Origin: Microgenomates group bacterium GW2011_GWF2_46_18
Lineage (GTDB): Bacteria > Patescibacteriota > Microgenomatia > UBA1400 > UBA12108
Reading direction: 5' to 3'
Length of the DNA: 64,000 nucleotides
Assembly (NCBI GenBank): GCA_001002415.1
Contig: LCMB01000003.1
Span: 12,489 to 76,488 of the forward strand
Shown: in pieces, positions 56,301 to 64,000 of the stretch
Layout: every line of letters begins with the position of its first letter
Position numbering within the stretch: position 1 is the first letter of the stretch
Translations under genes and position numbers: made by a program
The notes under the pieces: generated by a model
The model's input: only the letters and a program-made list of their open reading frames with translations
What the model was told of the DNA's origin: nothing
Databases searched by the model: none

Positions 56301-59300
56301 CCCCCGGGAAATTCGCAATCGCACTCCAACTGTCCCCACTCACGCTATAACGGTAACAACTGGCGGTATTGTAACCTTTACAGGCATACAAATAATCTCC
56401 TCCTGAATCAACCAAAAAGCCATCGTTATAAACCGAGTCACTCAAAGCCGTTAAGGTACTCCAGCTACCTCCCGCCACATCATATCGGTAAAGCGGGTTA
56501 GGATTGACTGCACTTCCCCGCATGATATACAAATATCCGTCCTTATAAACCAGTTGGGCTCCGTAACTGACAGTCGCCGTAATATTGGTCAGAGTACTCC
56601 ACTTATTCCCCGCCGATCCTTGCGTATCAAACCGGTAAAAGCTGGTTGTTCCCGCCCCCCTCGCATAATAAATATAACGCGATCCATCATAAGCGAGCGA
56701 TGATCCCGCCCCTGGATCAACCGGCAGCAAATCATCTGCTTCCCGGCTCCAGACATTCGTCGCTATATCGTACACATAAAAATTATTATTAATATTGCTT
56801 GTGCTCGCATAAATTTTCTCTGCGGTACTGTCATAAACCAACGCTCCTCCCAAATACATTCCTCCCGGCACATCTGCTAGCTCTGTTGCGATCCCAGTTG
56901 TCGGATCATACTTAACAAAAGTACTATCCTGATTCCCTCTGGTTAGGTAGTAATTGCTTCCGTCACCTTTGATAATATCTGCTCCATATCCTTGGGTCGC
57001 CAGATCACTTCCAAAAAACATCTCCCGGAAAAATCCTCTTTCGGGTACTAACCACTCCGCTTTGGCAATATCATAAATCGCCATACTAGTAGTTGCCATC
57101 CCTCGCACTGCATACAACTTCCCTCCGGCATTGCGCATCGAACTCCCTAGCCCCAAAGTCCATGGCGCCTCATCCAACTGGCTCCAGGTATCACTCGCAA
57201 TCGCATATTTATATAGATAAGGTTTTCCTCCGCCAGGGATCATGTACAAAGCATTGCTAGTCGTGTCATACTGTAAATGTCCCCCCTGATAAACGTTGTG
57301 CGGAGTTTTGGCCAGCTGAGTCCAAGTATTGGTACTGATGCTGTAAGCTGCTAGTCCGGTATACTGCGTACCCTGCAAAGCATAAATCGTATCTGCCCCG
57401 TCATACGTCAAAGCTGCTCCATAATTAATCAAATTACTGATTTGTTCTGTTGTCGCCCCAAAATCCACATTTGCCATCGATTCCCAACTGTCATTTGTTG
57501 TGTTATAGCGCATAAATGCATCATCCGAAGTTCCCCGCAAAGCGTAAATATACTGAGTTCCGTCATATACTAGCGCCGAATCATAATAAATTGTCAGTGG
57601 TGAATCCGTCGCCGCCGCATCATCCCACGTATTTTGCGCAATATCATACCGCCAAAAAGTACTTGTCTGATTCCCGGCAAAGGCATACAAATACCCTCCC
57701 GGTCCCTCCACAATTTTGCCTCCATAATGCACCACCGCCGGAGTATCCGCTAGGGTCGACCAAGTACTGCTCGCAATATCATAACTATAAAAATTTGCCG
57801 TGTTATATCCCCGCAGGGTGTACAACTTGCTGCTGGTACTGACATATGCCGTACTGGATCCGTAATACGGTGCCGCCGGTATCAGTCCCGGAGCCTCTTC
57901 CCGCCAAAACCCAGCTTTCCCCGCCAACTTAATCTCATCACCTGTAATGGTCATGTTATCTACCGTACTCCCCGCAAAATCACCACTACTTGTATATGCC
58001 ACACTAGTCGCCACCACCCCCTGATACCCATAGGTAAATCCGCTTGCCACACTACTAGTATTACCAGCACTATCCTTGGCTACTACCCGCAAGTAATATG
58101 TCCCCGTGGTCAAATTACTGGTAACCACATAATCGCTTGTTGTCTGGTAATTTCCGGCTGTAATTGGATCAGCACTCGCATTAGTCCCGAAATACACATA
58201 ATACCCTGCCACACTAGTTTCGGCATCGCTTGCTCCACTCCAACTAAAGTAAGGATAGTTGTACCGGTAACTACTCCCCGAAACCAAGGTACTCCCTCCC
58301 ACCTCACTCGACTTTCCAGTAAATGTGGTGGGTGCCGTCGGTGCTGTCACATCCCCTTGATAATTGATCGTTAGAGCTGTCAAAGTCGGGGTTTCTGTCC
58401 GATCTGTACTTGCTGTCAAAGTTGCTCGCACTTGGATGTAGCGGTTGACACTTGACCCAATCGTAGTTCCCGCTACCGCCGTCCACTCTCCCCACGTAAC
58501 TTTGTCGGCACTTGTTCTCGTCTCGTAACTAATACTACTATCGCCAGGCTTAGTTGCTGTTTCCACTAAAGATGTCCACGCCGTCACATATGTCAAATCC
58601 TCTACCGGACTAATCCACGTCCCACTCGCTAAATAATCATTGGCATCAATCGAATAGCTTGCCATATTCAAAATACTCGCTCCCACCGCCGAATACAAAA
58701 TCGCGTTTATGGTATCAACGACCAGCGCTCCGCCGTTATAAGCTCCCTGATGATATCCGTAGTACTCGTTTAATGAATCCAGATACAGCCACTCTCCGCT
58801 GCTAATGTTGTATCTCCAGAATTGACCTTTGTAATATCCAGCCTGAATATAGATATTTCCATCCCAATAAACTGCATCACTCCCCCAATACGGTGCATAC
58901 GGTAGCGATGCTACTTCACTCCAAGTATCAGTTGAAATCGTATATTTCAACAAAAATCCGGTTCGCGAACCAGAAACATAGTAAAGATTCGTCCCATCCG
59001 AAAATAGCCTAGCCCCATAACTCGCTTCACTGTTATTAGGAAGGTCAGTTGGGGTATCTTCCCAGCTATTCCCCGAAATTGAGTAACGATAATGTTTGAG
59101 GGTATAACCTCCTACGGTTGCATAAAGATAATCACCACTCCCAGGGTACGCCAAACTGCCTCCATAATTTACATTTGCCGGAGCCACCGCCATCGTCGCC
59201 CAACTATCTGCCGCCGGATCATAGCGGTAAAAATTAGTAGTATTACTCCCTTGGAAGAAATATAAGTAACTACCCGCCACCACTCCTGTCGTATCATCAT

Positions 59301-60444
59301 TAAAGGCTGCCGGCGCCACCGCCCTCGACTCCCAGGTCTTACTCGTCAGGTTATAACGATAGAAAGTGGTGGTGTTGGCTCCTCTCGGTTGATAAATATA
59401 TCCCCCGTAATACACCAAATCCGAACCCGATCCTGGAGCCAGAGTCATATCTACCGGTCCCAAATACCCATCTGTATCTGGATCATACTTCCAAAATTCA
59501 TACGTTCCATTTCCTCTAAACACATAGATCATGTCATCTATCGCGTTATACACGCTCCCCACATAACGCGAAGCTTGGGGTAAGACCGCCATCGTGCTCC
59601 AACTATTGCCCGCAATGTCGTATCGATACATTGTGGTGGTATTTCCATTCAAAGTAATGTAGATATACGCTCCTCTGATAGCTGCATGACTGTCTTCCGC
59701 AATCACCGCCGTCATATTTGTCATGGTGGACCACGTTCCCGCCGCCACTGAATATCGATACATGGTATTAGTCGACACTCCGCGCAGAGTGTAAAAATAC
59801 CCGTCGTTATACACCAATGAGGCTCCGTAATTAATCGTTGCCGGCGTCCCCGTTAACATACTCCACTCACCCGTGCTAGTCGTATATTTCCAAAAGTCAG
59901 TCGTACTATTACCATGCAAGGCATAAATATCCGTTCCGTTCGTCGCCAAACTACCTCCGCGGTAAACCAAGTCGGGTGTATCTGCTAACTCGGTCCAAGT
60001 ATTATTAGTTATGTCGTACCTGGCATACTCTTTTTGATACCCCCCAAACATGGCGTAAAGATATCCATCCAAATACACCATATCTGAGCCGTATCCCGCC
60101 GAGTAAGGAGCCGAAGCCAAAACTTCCCACCGATTAGTTGCCTGATGGTATCTCGCAAACCACGTGTCATATCCTGCCAAGACATAGACATACTCCCCAT
60201 CCGACTCAATCGCTGTCCCTGTCGTCAACGGTAGTTCCGGTGTCTGCCAGGCTCTCTGTTCCCACTCTCCCGCTGATCTTAGCTTAATCTCCCCTGCCGA
60301 ACTCTCCCCGGTTACCCCATTAAATACCCCCGTCTCCCACTCCGCAGTCTCGCTGTAATCAAAGCTTGTAGCCTTCACATTAACCACCCCTCCCAAGATG
60401 AGAAGTCCACTCAACACCAATACTTGACCGACTCGTTTAATCAT
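53377..60444 (-). CDS. Giant surface protein (2355 aa) with multiple Kelch/beta-propeller repeat blocks and FN3-like domains
   Basis: Signal peptide. Dozens of ~45-aa Y-x-Y/W-containing repeats (YRYD...NSW/TW...) arranged as several propellers, separated by FN3-like modules. The C-terminus is shared with the 1415-aa neighbour. Confidence 0.7.
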   Translation of the reverse strand: MIKRVGQVLVLSGLLILGGVVNVKATSFDYSETAEWETGVFNGVTGESSAGEIKLRSAGEWEQRAWQTPELPLTTGTAIESDGEYVYVLAGYDTWFARYHQATNRWEVLASAPYSAGYGSDMVYLDGYLYAMFGGYQKEYARYDITNNTWTELADTPDLVYRGGSLATNGTDIYALHGNSTTDFWKYTTSTGEWSMLTGTPATINYGASLVYNDGYFYTLRGVSTNTMYRYSVAAGTWSTMTNMTAVIAEDSHAAIRGAYIYITLNGNTTTMYRYDIAGNSWSTMAVLPQASRYVGSVYNAIDDMIYVFRGNGTYEFWKYDPDTDGYLGPVDMTLAPGSGSDLVYYGGYIYQPRGANTTTFYRYNLTSKTWESRAVAPAAFNDDTTGVVAGSYLYFFQGSNTTNFYRYDPAADSWATMAVAPANVNYGGSLAYPGSGDYLYATVGGYTLKHYRYSISGNSWEDTPTDLPNNSEASYGARLFSDGTNLYYVSGSRTGFLLKYTISTDTWSEVASLPYAPYWGSDAVYWDGNIYIQAGYYKGQFWRYNISSGEWLYLDSLNEYYGYHQGAYNGGALVVDTINAILYSAVGASILNMASYSIDANDYLASGTWISPVEDLTYVTAWTSLVETATKPGDSSISYETRTSADKVTWGEWTAVAGTTIGSSVNRYIQVRATLTASTDRTETPTLTALTINYQGDVTAPTAPTTFTGKSSEVGGSTLVSGSSYRYNYPYFSWSGASDAETSVAGYYVYFGTNASADPITAGNYQTTSDYVVTSNLTTGTYYLRVVAKDSAGNTSSVASGFTYGYQGVVATSVAYTSSGDFAGSTVDNMTITGDEIKLAGKAGFWREEAPGLIPAAPYYGSSTAYVSTSSKLYTLRGYNTANFYSYDIASSTWSTLADTPAVVHYGGKIVEGPGGYLYAFAGNQTSTFWRYDIAQNTWDDAAATDSPLTIYYDSALVYDGTQYIYALRGTSDDAFMRYNTTNDSWESMANVDFGATTEQISNLINYGAALTYDGADTIYALQGTQYTGLAAYSISTNTWTQLAKTPHNVYQGGHLQYDTTSNALYMIPGGGKPYLYKYAIASDTWSQLDEAPWTLGLGSSMRNAGGKLYAVRGMATTSMAIYDIAKAEWLVPERGFFREMFFGSDLATQGYGADIIKGDGSNYYLTRGNQDSTFVKYDPTTGIATELADVPGGMYLGGALVYDSTAEKIYASTSNINNNFYVYDIATNVWSREADDLLPVDPGAGSSLAYDGSRYIYYARGAGTTSFYRFDTQGSAGNKWSTLTNITATVSYGAQLVYKDGYLYIMRGSAVNPNPLYRYDVAGGSWSTLTALSDSVYNDGFLVDSGGDYLYACKGYNTASCYRYSVSGDSWSAIANFPGAIYYGGAAASDGSGKMYVLPGPGTNSYANGLYTYVMESSTTSFEEAGSYQSATIDLGEVYRLANLTLTYSSATNNTLTVSTRTSTDGVVWDAWVSANEEKAVGTSYEYKINSTVQRYLQVQFELASSDGIYSGVIADYSIKYYSDTTPPTNASELSAYTTATASASMVTNTWYNHTSPYFDWPDAEVTGGASDTETGSAIVGYYVYFGSDSDADPETAGTLITPSSFTASSLVTGSTYYLRIKSKDDAGNVSGTAWQPFIYKYDNEAPNVPTGLAADPSGYTAVNDFDFSWESATDSASGGIEYCYKTATASGTLASDQCTSGVSVTGITGYQTGTNTFYVRSRDTAGNYSSYTTGSFYYNNGAPSAPTSLTVTPETNTVNSFEFEWEAPVAYYGSLVNLQYYYSVNALPTESSVTRAYSNSLGASAYATLPGENTLYVVVMDEAGNVDYDNYASVTFTANTTAPGIPLNADIADVSVKASSAWKLALTWESPSSVGAGVASYQVYRSTDGVTYTQRASTSGISYVDTGLSQITYYYKIRACDSANNCGAFSSAVSLYPDGKYTTAAPLVGEPEVGEITTKKAEVDWTTSRTADSKVAYGTASGDYFDEEVGNSDQVTVHSLTLNNLSPGATYYFVAKWTDEDGNLGSSEEYTFATDPAPTAKEVKAVSIGLDTVNIQFTSKDASKAKVYYGTTTAFGGYSEMGVGTAESTYTVQLTGLADGTKYYYKVSLFDSENNEYEGDTYSFETLPRPRIDLVKLQQVKGTATGTILVTWVTNTPISSIITYYPSANPSAAQDNIDVKLVTAHRALISGLLPNTAYTMVVKGRDKVGNEAVASAQTFSTASDTRPPSIANLKVEPVILGVGEEATAQLVVSWDTDELSTSQVAYGEGSGGSLGSKTQQDSNRTFNHLVVISNLQPSKVYHLKALSMDEASNEATSVDRVVITPKETKSALNLVVSNLSQAFGFLGGIAGN

Positions 60445-61084
60445 TTGTCTCTATTTCTTCCAATGGATAAATTAATGATTCCTGATTAACCACGTATGGT
60501 TCATTTTCGCTTTGCCCATATTCCTCTTCTCCTACTACCAGATAAAATTTAATTTCTTTCCCCTCTTCCACCTCCAATAACAAATCGTGCTCTTTTGTCT
60601 CCACATTCCCTTCATTAGCTACCATTACTCTCTCAATTGACTCTCCCTGATAACCCCAGACCATAATCCCCAAGGTCTTATCATAAGTTTGCCACCTGAC
60701 TCGCACCAATGTTTCCCCCAACCGCTCAATCCGTACGTCTTGAGGATACTCAATTTTTAGCACCCGATAATTTACATATACTTGTAGTACCACTAGTGCC
60801 ACAAACACCAATCCATCTACAATCCACCAACCCAACCACCTCACAAACTCAAATCGTCCAGTTTTCCGCGCCCTCACTAACAATCTAATTAATTGATATA
60901 GCCACAAGATACTCACCAGCACCCAAGATACCCAAATTATTTTCAGATCATGGCTGTGCAAATTATCCCGATACTGTTGATTTAGTACCGACGAAACTAC
61001 TAGCGCCGAATCTTGGTAAACCTGCGCCCCCATTATTTTTCCTGTTTCGATCCACTCAAAATTTGCCATATTAGTAACTCGCAA
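60437..61084 (-). CDS. Membrane protein, hypothetical (first gene pair of the giant-protein operon)
   Basis: Two TM helices then a ~120-aa acidic C-terminal domain. Overlaps the giant gene by 8 nt. Confidence 0.45.
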   Translation of the reverse strand: MRVTNMANFEWIETGKIMGAQVYQDSALVVSSVLNQQYRDNLHSHDLKIIWVSWVLVSILWLYQLIRLLVRARKTGRFEFVRWLGWWIVDGLVFVALVVLQVYVNYRVLKIEYPQDVRIERLGETLVRVRWQTYDKTLGIMVWGYQGESIERVMVANEGNVETKEHDLLLEVEEGKEIKFYLVVGEEEYGQSENEPYVVNQESLIYPLEEIETND

Positions 61085-61367
61085 GTAACCTTGCGACCTC
61101 CTTTTTGGTTTTAATCAGATCTAATATCTGGGTATTCAACTTCCACCTAAGTCCCACCTTATCCTGGGCTTTCCCCATCGGCTCAATCAAACTAATCCCC
61201 CGAAATCTAGTTCGCGACAAACTCGACAATACTCCCCCCAAAACCTTCTTTTTGAGAGGAGTTCCCGCCTCCATTTGTCTTACTGTCAAAATTTTCTCCC
61301 CACCCTGAAGAAAATAAGCTAGTAACAACAACTGGTTATAACTCAACCGCGCGATTTTATTCTGCAC
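61071..61367 (-). CDS. Small basic protein, possible winged-helix regulator
   Basis: 98 aa; LSYNQLLLLAYFLQGGEKILTVRQM resembles an HTH recognition segment. Overlaps the next gene by 14 nt. Confidence 0.3.
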   Translation of the reverse strand: MQNKIARLSYNQLLLLAYFLQGGEKILTVRQMEAGTPLKKKVLGGVLSSLSRTRFRGISLIEPMGKAQDKVGLRWKLNTQILDLIKTKKEVARLLASY

Positions 61368-61458
61368 TTACCAGAGACTAGCATACTACTCGTTCTTATG
61401 CAACTATCAGTAGTTTATATAGTTTATATAGCTAACATTCTTTAATCTCTGGATACGA

Positions 61459-62352
61459 TTAGAAATTAACCTCGATTATGCCTTCCTGATCCGTCCGAGC
61501 AATTTCTGTCCCAACTCGCTCTAACCTCTCTAATGTTTCCTGTGTCGGGTGCCCATAGCGATTCCCCTTCCCCACACTAATGATCGCCAATTCTGGTTTG
61601 ATTCTTTCCAAAAATGGGAGAGTACTGGCATACTTTGATCCATGATGACCTACTTTGAGGATATCTATGTCAGGTAACCCTCCCAACTCCAATAAGGTTT
61701 TCTCTGTCTGGTCACCCGCATCTCCCATGAGGAGAATTTTTCGATTATCCTCTAGTAAGAGCAAAACAACACTCCGCTCGTTCACCTTTCCCTCCTTGGC
61801 ACTTGCACCTAGTATCTGCTCGCGCATATTTTTTTCCATTTGTTGGCTAAACACCGCCACATATTCCCTGTTTGTTTCTCTCGGCCACACTACCTCCAAT
61901 TCTATTTTGCTCTCCTCCCCCACTCGTCCCACTCGTAGTTTTTGCCCTCGCTCAACTCCTGTTACCGGGATTTGTTGCTCAATCAAAATCTCTCTCAATT
62001 TGGTAAGAGTACTACTTGCTCGCACCCCATCAGCTGTTACAAACTGTATCACCTCATATCTTTCTATTACAGGTATCAACCCCGCCAAATGGTCGTGATC
62101 CGTATTGGTCAACACTATAAGTTCGATTCTCCGATCATAGAAGGGCAAGTATTTTTCCAGGCAGGTCAAAATTTTCTCCTGACTTGGTCCTCCATCCACC
62201 AGTACTTGGTTACTACCCTTGATCAAAAGGATCGCATCCCCCTGCCCCACATCACACACTACCAAGTGTATTCGTTCATCAGGCATCTGACCTAGGATCA
62301 GAATTATCAACCCCACTAGTAACCCAACTCCATACCACCAACCTTTGTTCAT
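61459..62352 (-). CDS. ComEC/Rec2 C-terminal metallo-beta-lactamase domain protein
   Basis: N-terminal TM, then LVVCDVGQGDAILL and HHGSKYAS motifs of the ComEC MBL domain. Confidence 0.7.
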   Translation of the reverse strand: MNKGWWYGVGLLVGLIILILGQMPDERIHLVVCDVGQGDAILLIKGSNQVLVDGGPSQEKILTCLEKYLPFYDRRIELIVLTNTDHDHLAGLIPVIERYEVIQFVTADGVRASSTLTKLREILIEQQIPVTGVERGQKLRVGRVGEESKIELEVVWPRETNREYVAVFSQQMEKNMREQILGASAKEGKVNERSVVLLLLEDNRKILLMGDAGDQTEKTLLELGGLPDIDILKVGHHGSKYASTLPFLERIKPELAIISVGKGNRYGHPTQETLERLERVGTEIARTDQEGIIEVNF

Positions 62353-63509
62353 AAATTACCCCACCATTCAATAACTCTCACCATCCACCATAGAGGCACG
62401 TACAAAATCCATCCGATCACCTGCCCCACTCGCATGCTCAAACTTCCGGCCCCCACTACGACTGCCGCCAGCAACATTATTAGTGGCACGATCGGTAAAA
62501 TTAGTAAATTAACGATCGGGGAGATCCACGCTACTCTCCCGAAATGCCACCAAATAATCGGTGCCGTCGCTACACTCGCCGCCACCGTCGGATAAATGTA
62601 CTCCGCTCCCAGCCCCACCTTAACCTTGTGCAACTTTGGCTCTAAATATAATAATCCTGCCGTCGCCGAAACTGACAATTGCCACCCTACATCTGCAATT
62701 AGCAGTGGGTTTATTAACAACATGCCGTAAGCCGCCACCCATAGTAGCCTTTTGGCTTCCGTCGGCCTCCCCCAAAAATATGCCATCAAAGTTAGGCTCC
62801 CCATAATCCCCGCTCTAACCACGGACGCCGACCCTCCAGCTAATCCGACATACACTCCAATCCCCGTGATCCCCACAATCGTAGCCACTCCCCGGCTGAA
62901 CCATCGCTTAAATAGACTCATCAATACTCCCGCCACAATCATCACGTTAAATCCCGAAGCCGCAATCACATGGAGCGTGCCTGTTGCCACCAATTGGTCA
63001 TAAAATTCTCGGGGCATCTCTCCCCTCACCCCCAAGAGTATTCCCGCACCCAAGCTGGACATGGGCTCTGGCAGGGTTTTTTCCAATATGGTTACCCACT
63101 TCTTCCTCCATTTTCCCAACCCAATCTGGATCACTTCAATCAAAGATAACCTCCTTTGGTTTTCTCTCTCGATAATCTCAAAATTCGGATCCATCATTTT
63201 AATTTGCCGCTCTTTCCCTCCTAGCAATAACGGGATAACGCTGCCAACAAAGCGGACCTTGTCCCCTTGGTTAATTCCTGCATCACTCTTTAGTTTGATA
63301 TACCATCTTCCCTGGCGTATGATCACATTTGATTCAGTCTGTTCTGGTTTATCCAAGATCGGTGCGGTAAAACTGACCACCGATTCGGGTGTCCAACTCG
63401 TCGGTAAGATTTTCGGTAAACTTACCCATCTCAGCCACAAAATTATCAATAAAATAACAAACATGCCGAGATTTGCAGAAGAAAATTTACTTTTCATTTC
63501 AATACACAC
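62349..63509 (-). CDS. comEC: ComEC/Rec2 N-terminal DUF4131 plus Competence (channel) domain protein
   Basis: TGTLHVIAASGFNVMIVAG matches the ComEC competence-domain signature; polytopic. Its stop overlaps the downstream MBL ORF start (ATGA). Confidence 0.7.
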   Translation of the reverse strand: MCIEMKSKFSSANLGMFVILLIILWLRWVSLPKILPTSWTPESVVSFTAPILDKPEQTESNVIIRQGRWYIKLKSDAGINQGDKVRFVGSVIPLLLGGKERQIKMMDPNFEIIERENQRRLSLIEVIQIGLGKWRKKWVTILEKTLPEPMSSLGAGILLGVRGEMPREFYDQLVATGTLHVIAASGFNVMIVAGVLMSLFKRWFSRGVATIVGITGIGVYVGLAGGSASVVRAGIMGSLTLMAYFWGRPTEAKRLLWVAAYGMLLINPLLIADVGWQLSVSATAGLLYLEPKLHKVKVGLGAEYIYPTVAASVATAPIIWWHFGRVAWISPIVNLLILPIVPLIMLLAAVVVGAGSLSMRVGQVIGWILYVPLWWMVRVIEWWGNL

Positions 63510-64000
63510 TCACCTGATCTTTGATTTTCTCATACACACTCTCTGGTATCTTGGCTTTACTCACCAACTCCTCCGTACTCCCATATGGTCGGTTCGCGAC
63601 AATCGCCTGTGCTCTCACCTCCCCAATCCCCGTTAGTTTATCCAATTCTGCCACACTCGCTGTATTGATATTAATTGTTTTCGCTTGATTACTTATTGTT
63701 TGGTTATTGGTTATTGGAATTTGGTTATTAATTTCGTTTCTCGTGGGTATATAGATTTTCCCGCCATCCTTTATTTCTTGTGCCAAATTCATCGTTTGTG
63801 CCACCCACTGTCTGTCCGCCTCAGCCGATAACCCTCCCGCCAAAACAAGCGCGTCTCCGATCCTCGCTCCCGTTGGCAATTTATAGACTCCCGGCGTAAT
63901 CACCTCGCCGCCCACGTCAACCACAATCTCACCCCCTTTTTCTATTGAACTTGATTGCACAATTTCCACCACTGCCGGCTCCGGCCAAATCACTCCCCAC
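63499..64000 (-). CDS. comEA: ComEA DNA-binding competence protein (SLBB plus tandem HhH), 5' end outside window
   Basis: ININTASVAELDKLTGIGEVRAQAIVANRPYGSTEEL is the ComEA HhH motif; an upstream SLBB-like segment precedes it. Confidence 0.7.
   Translation of the reverse strand, partial: WGVIWPEPAVVEIVQSSSIEKGGEIVVDVGGEVITPGVYKLPTGARIGDALVLAGGLSAEADRQWVAQTMNLAQEIKDGGKIYIPTRNEINNQIPITNNQTISNQAKTININTASVAELDKLTGIGEVRAQAIVANRPYGSTEELVSKAKIPESVYEKIKDQVSVY

Noticed and set aside
1-64000. CRISPR array or cas genes
   Set aside because: No series of short, regularly spaced direct repeats was found. The only repeat families are the island palindromes, the 57-nt tRNA-Trp duplication, the 62-nt tRNA leaders and the giant-gene paralogy. 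None has CRISPR spacing.

Overview
Gene-dense bacterial window. Inferred, not proven: the ribosomal cluster, the giant Kelch/FN3 surface proteins, the comEA/comEC genes and the many orphan ORFs suggest a small-genome lineage such as the Candidate Phyla Radiation.

Core content:
- fmt, queA, an M50 site-2 protease, rpmB (L28) and rpmG (L33).
- An ECF sigma factor with its anti-sigma partner, a PBP2-type transpeptidase, galU and frr.
- A secE-nusG-rplK-rplA-rplJ-rplL cluster. It is interrupted by two opposite-strand inserts, and rpoBC is missing after the rplL terminator.
- A GGDEF-like protein, dusB, GT26 and GT4 glycosyltransferases, mreB, an M16 peptidase and argS.
- Seven tRNAs: Trp-CCA, Thr-UGU, Tyr-GUA, Thr-GGU, Arg-CCU, Pro-CGG and Ala-CGC.

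Accessory or unusual content:
1. A tRNA-Trp locus carrying a 57-nt duplication of the tRNA 5' half, bracketing a small GIY-YIG nuclease gene.
2. Next to it, a ~4 kb island of six small unrelated genes, each separated by one member of a palindromic repeat family with core AATATAT-TTTG-ATATATT.
3. A 62-nt, near-identical leader upstream of two tRNA operons.
4. A comEA-comEC(split)-small protein-membrane protein-giant Kelch/FN3 protein (2355 aa)-giant FN3/LamG protein (1415 aa)-MacB/FtsX-type ABC transporter cluster. The two giant genes are paralogous over their 3' ~2 kb.
5. Apparently disrupted genes: ndk, and a GT39-like glycosyltransferase.
6. A TraD/VirD4-like P-loop ATPase, and a membrane protein with two excisionase-type HTH domains.

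No CRISPR array was seen. All calls come from reading the ORF translations and the sequence by eye; no searches were run.
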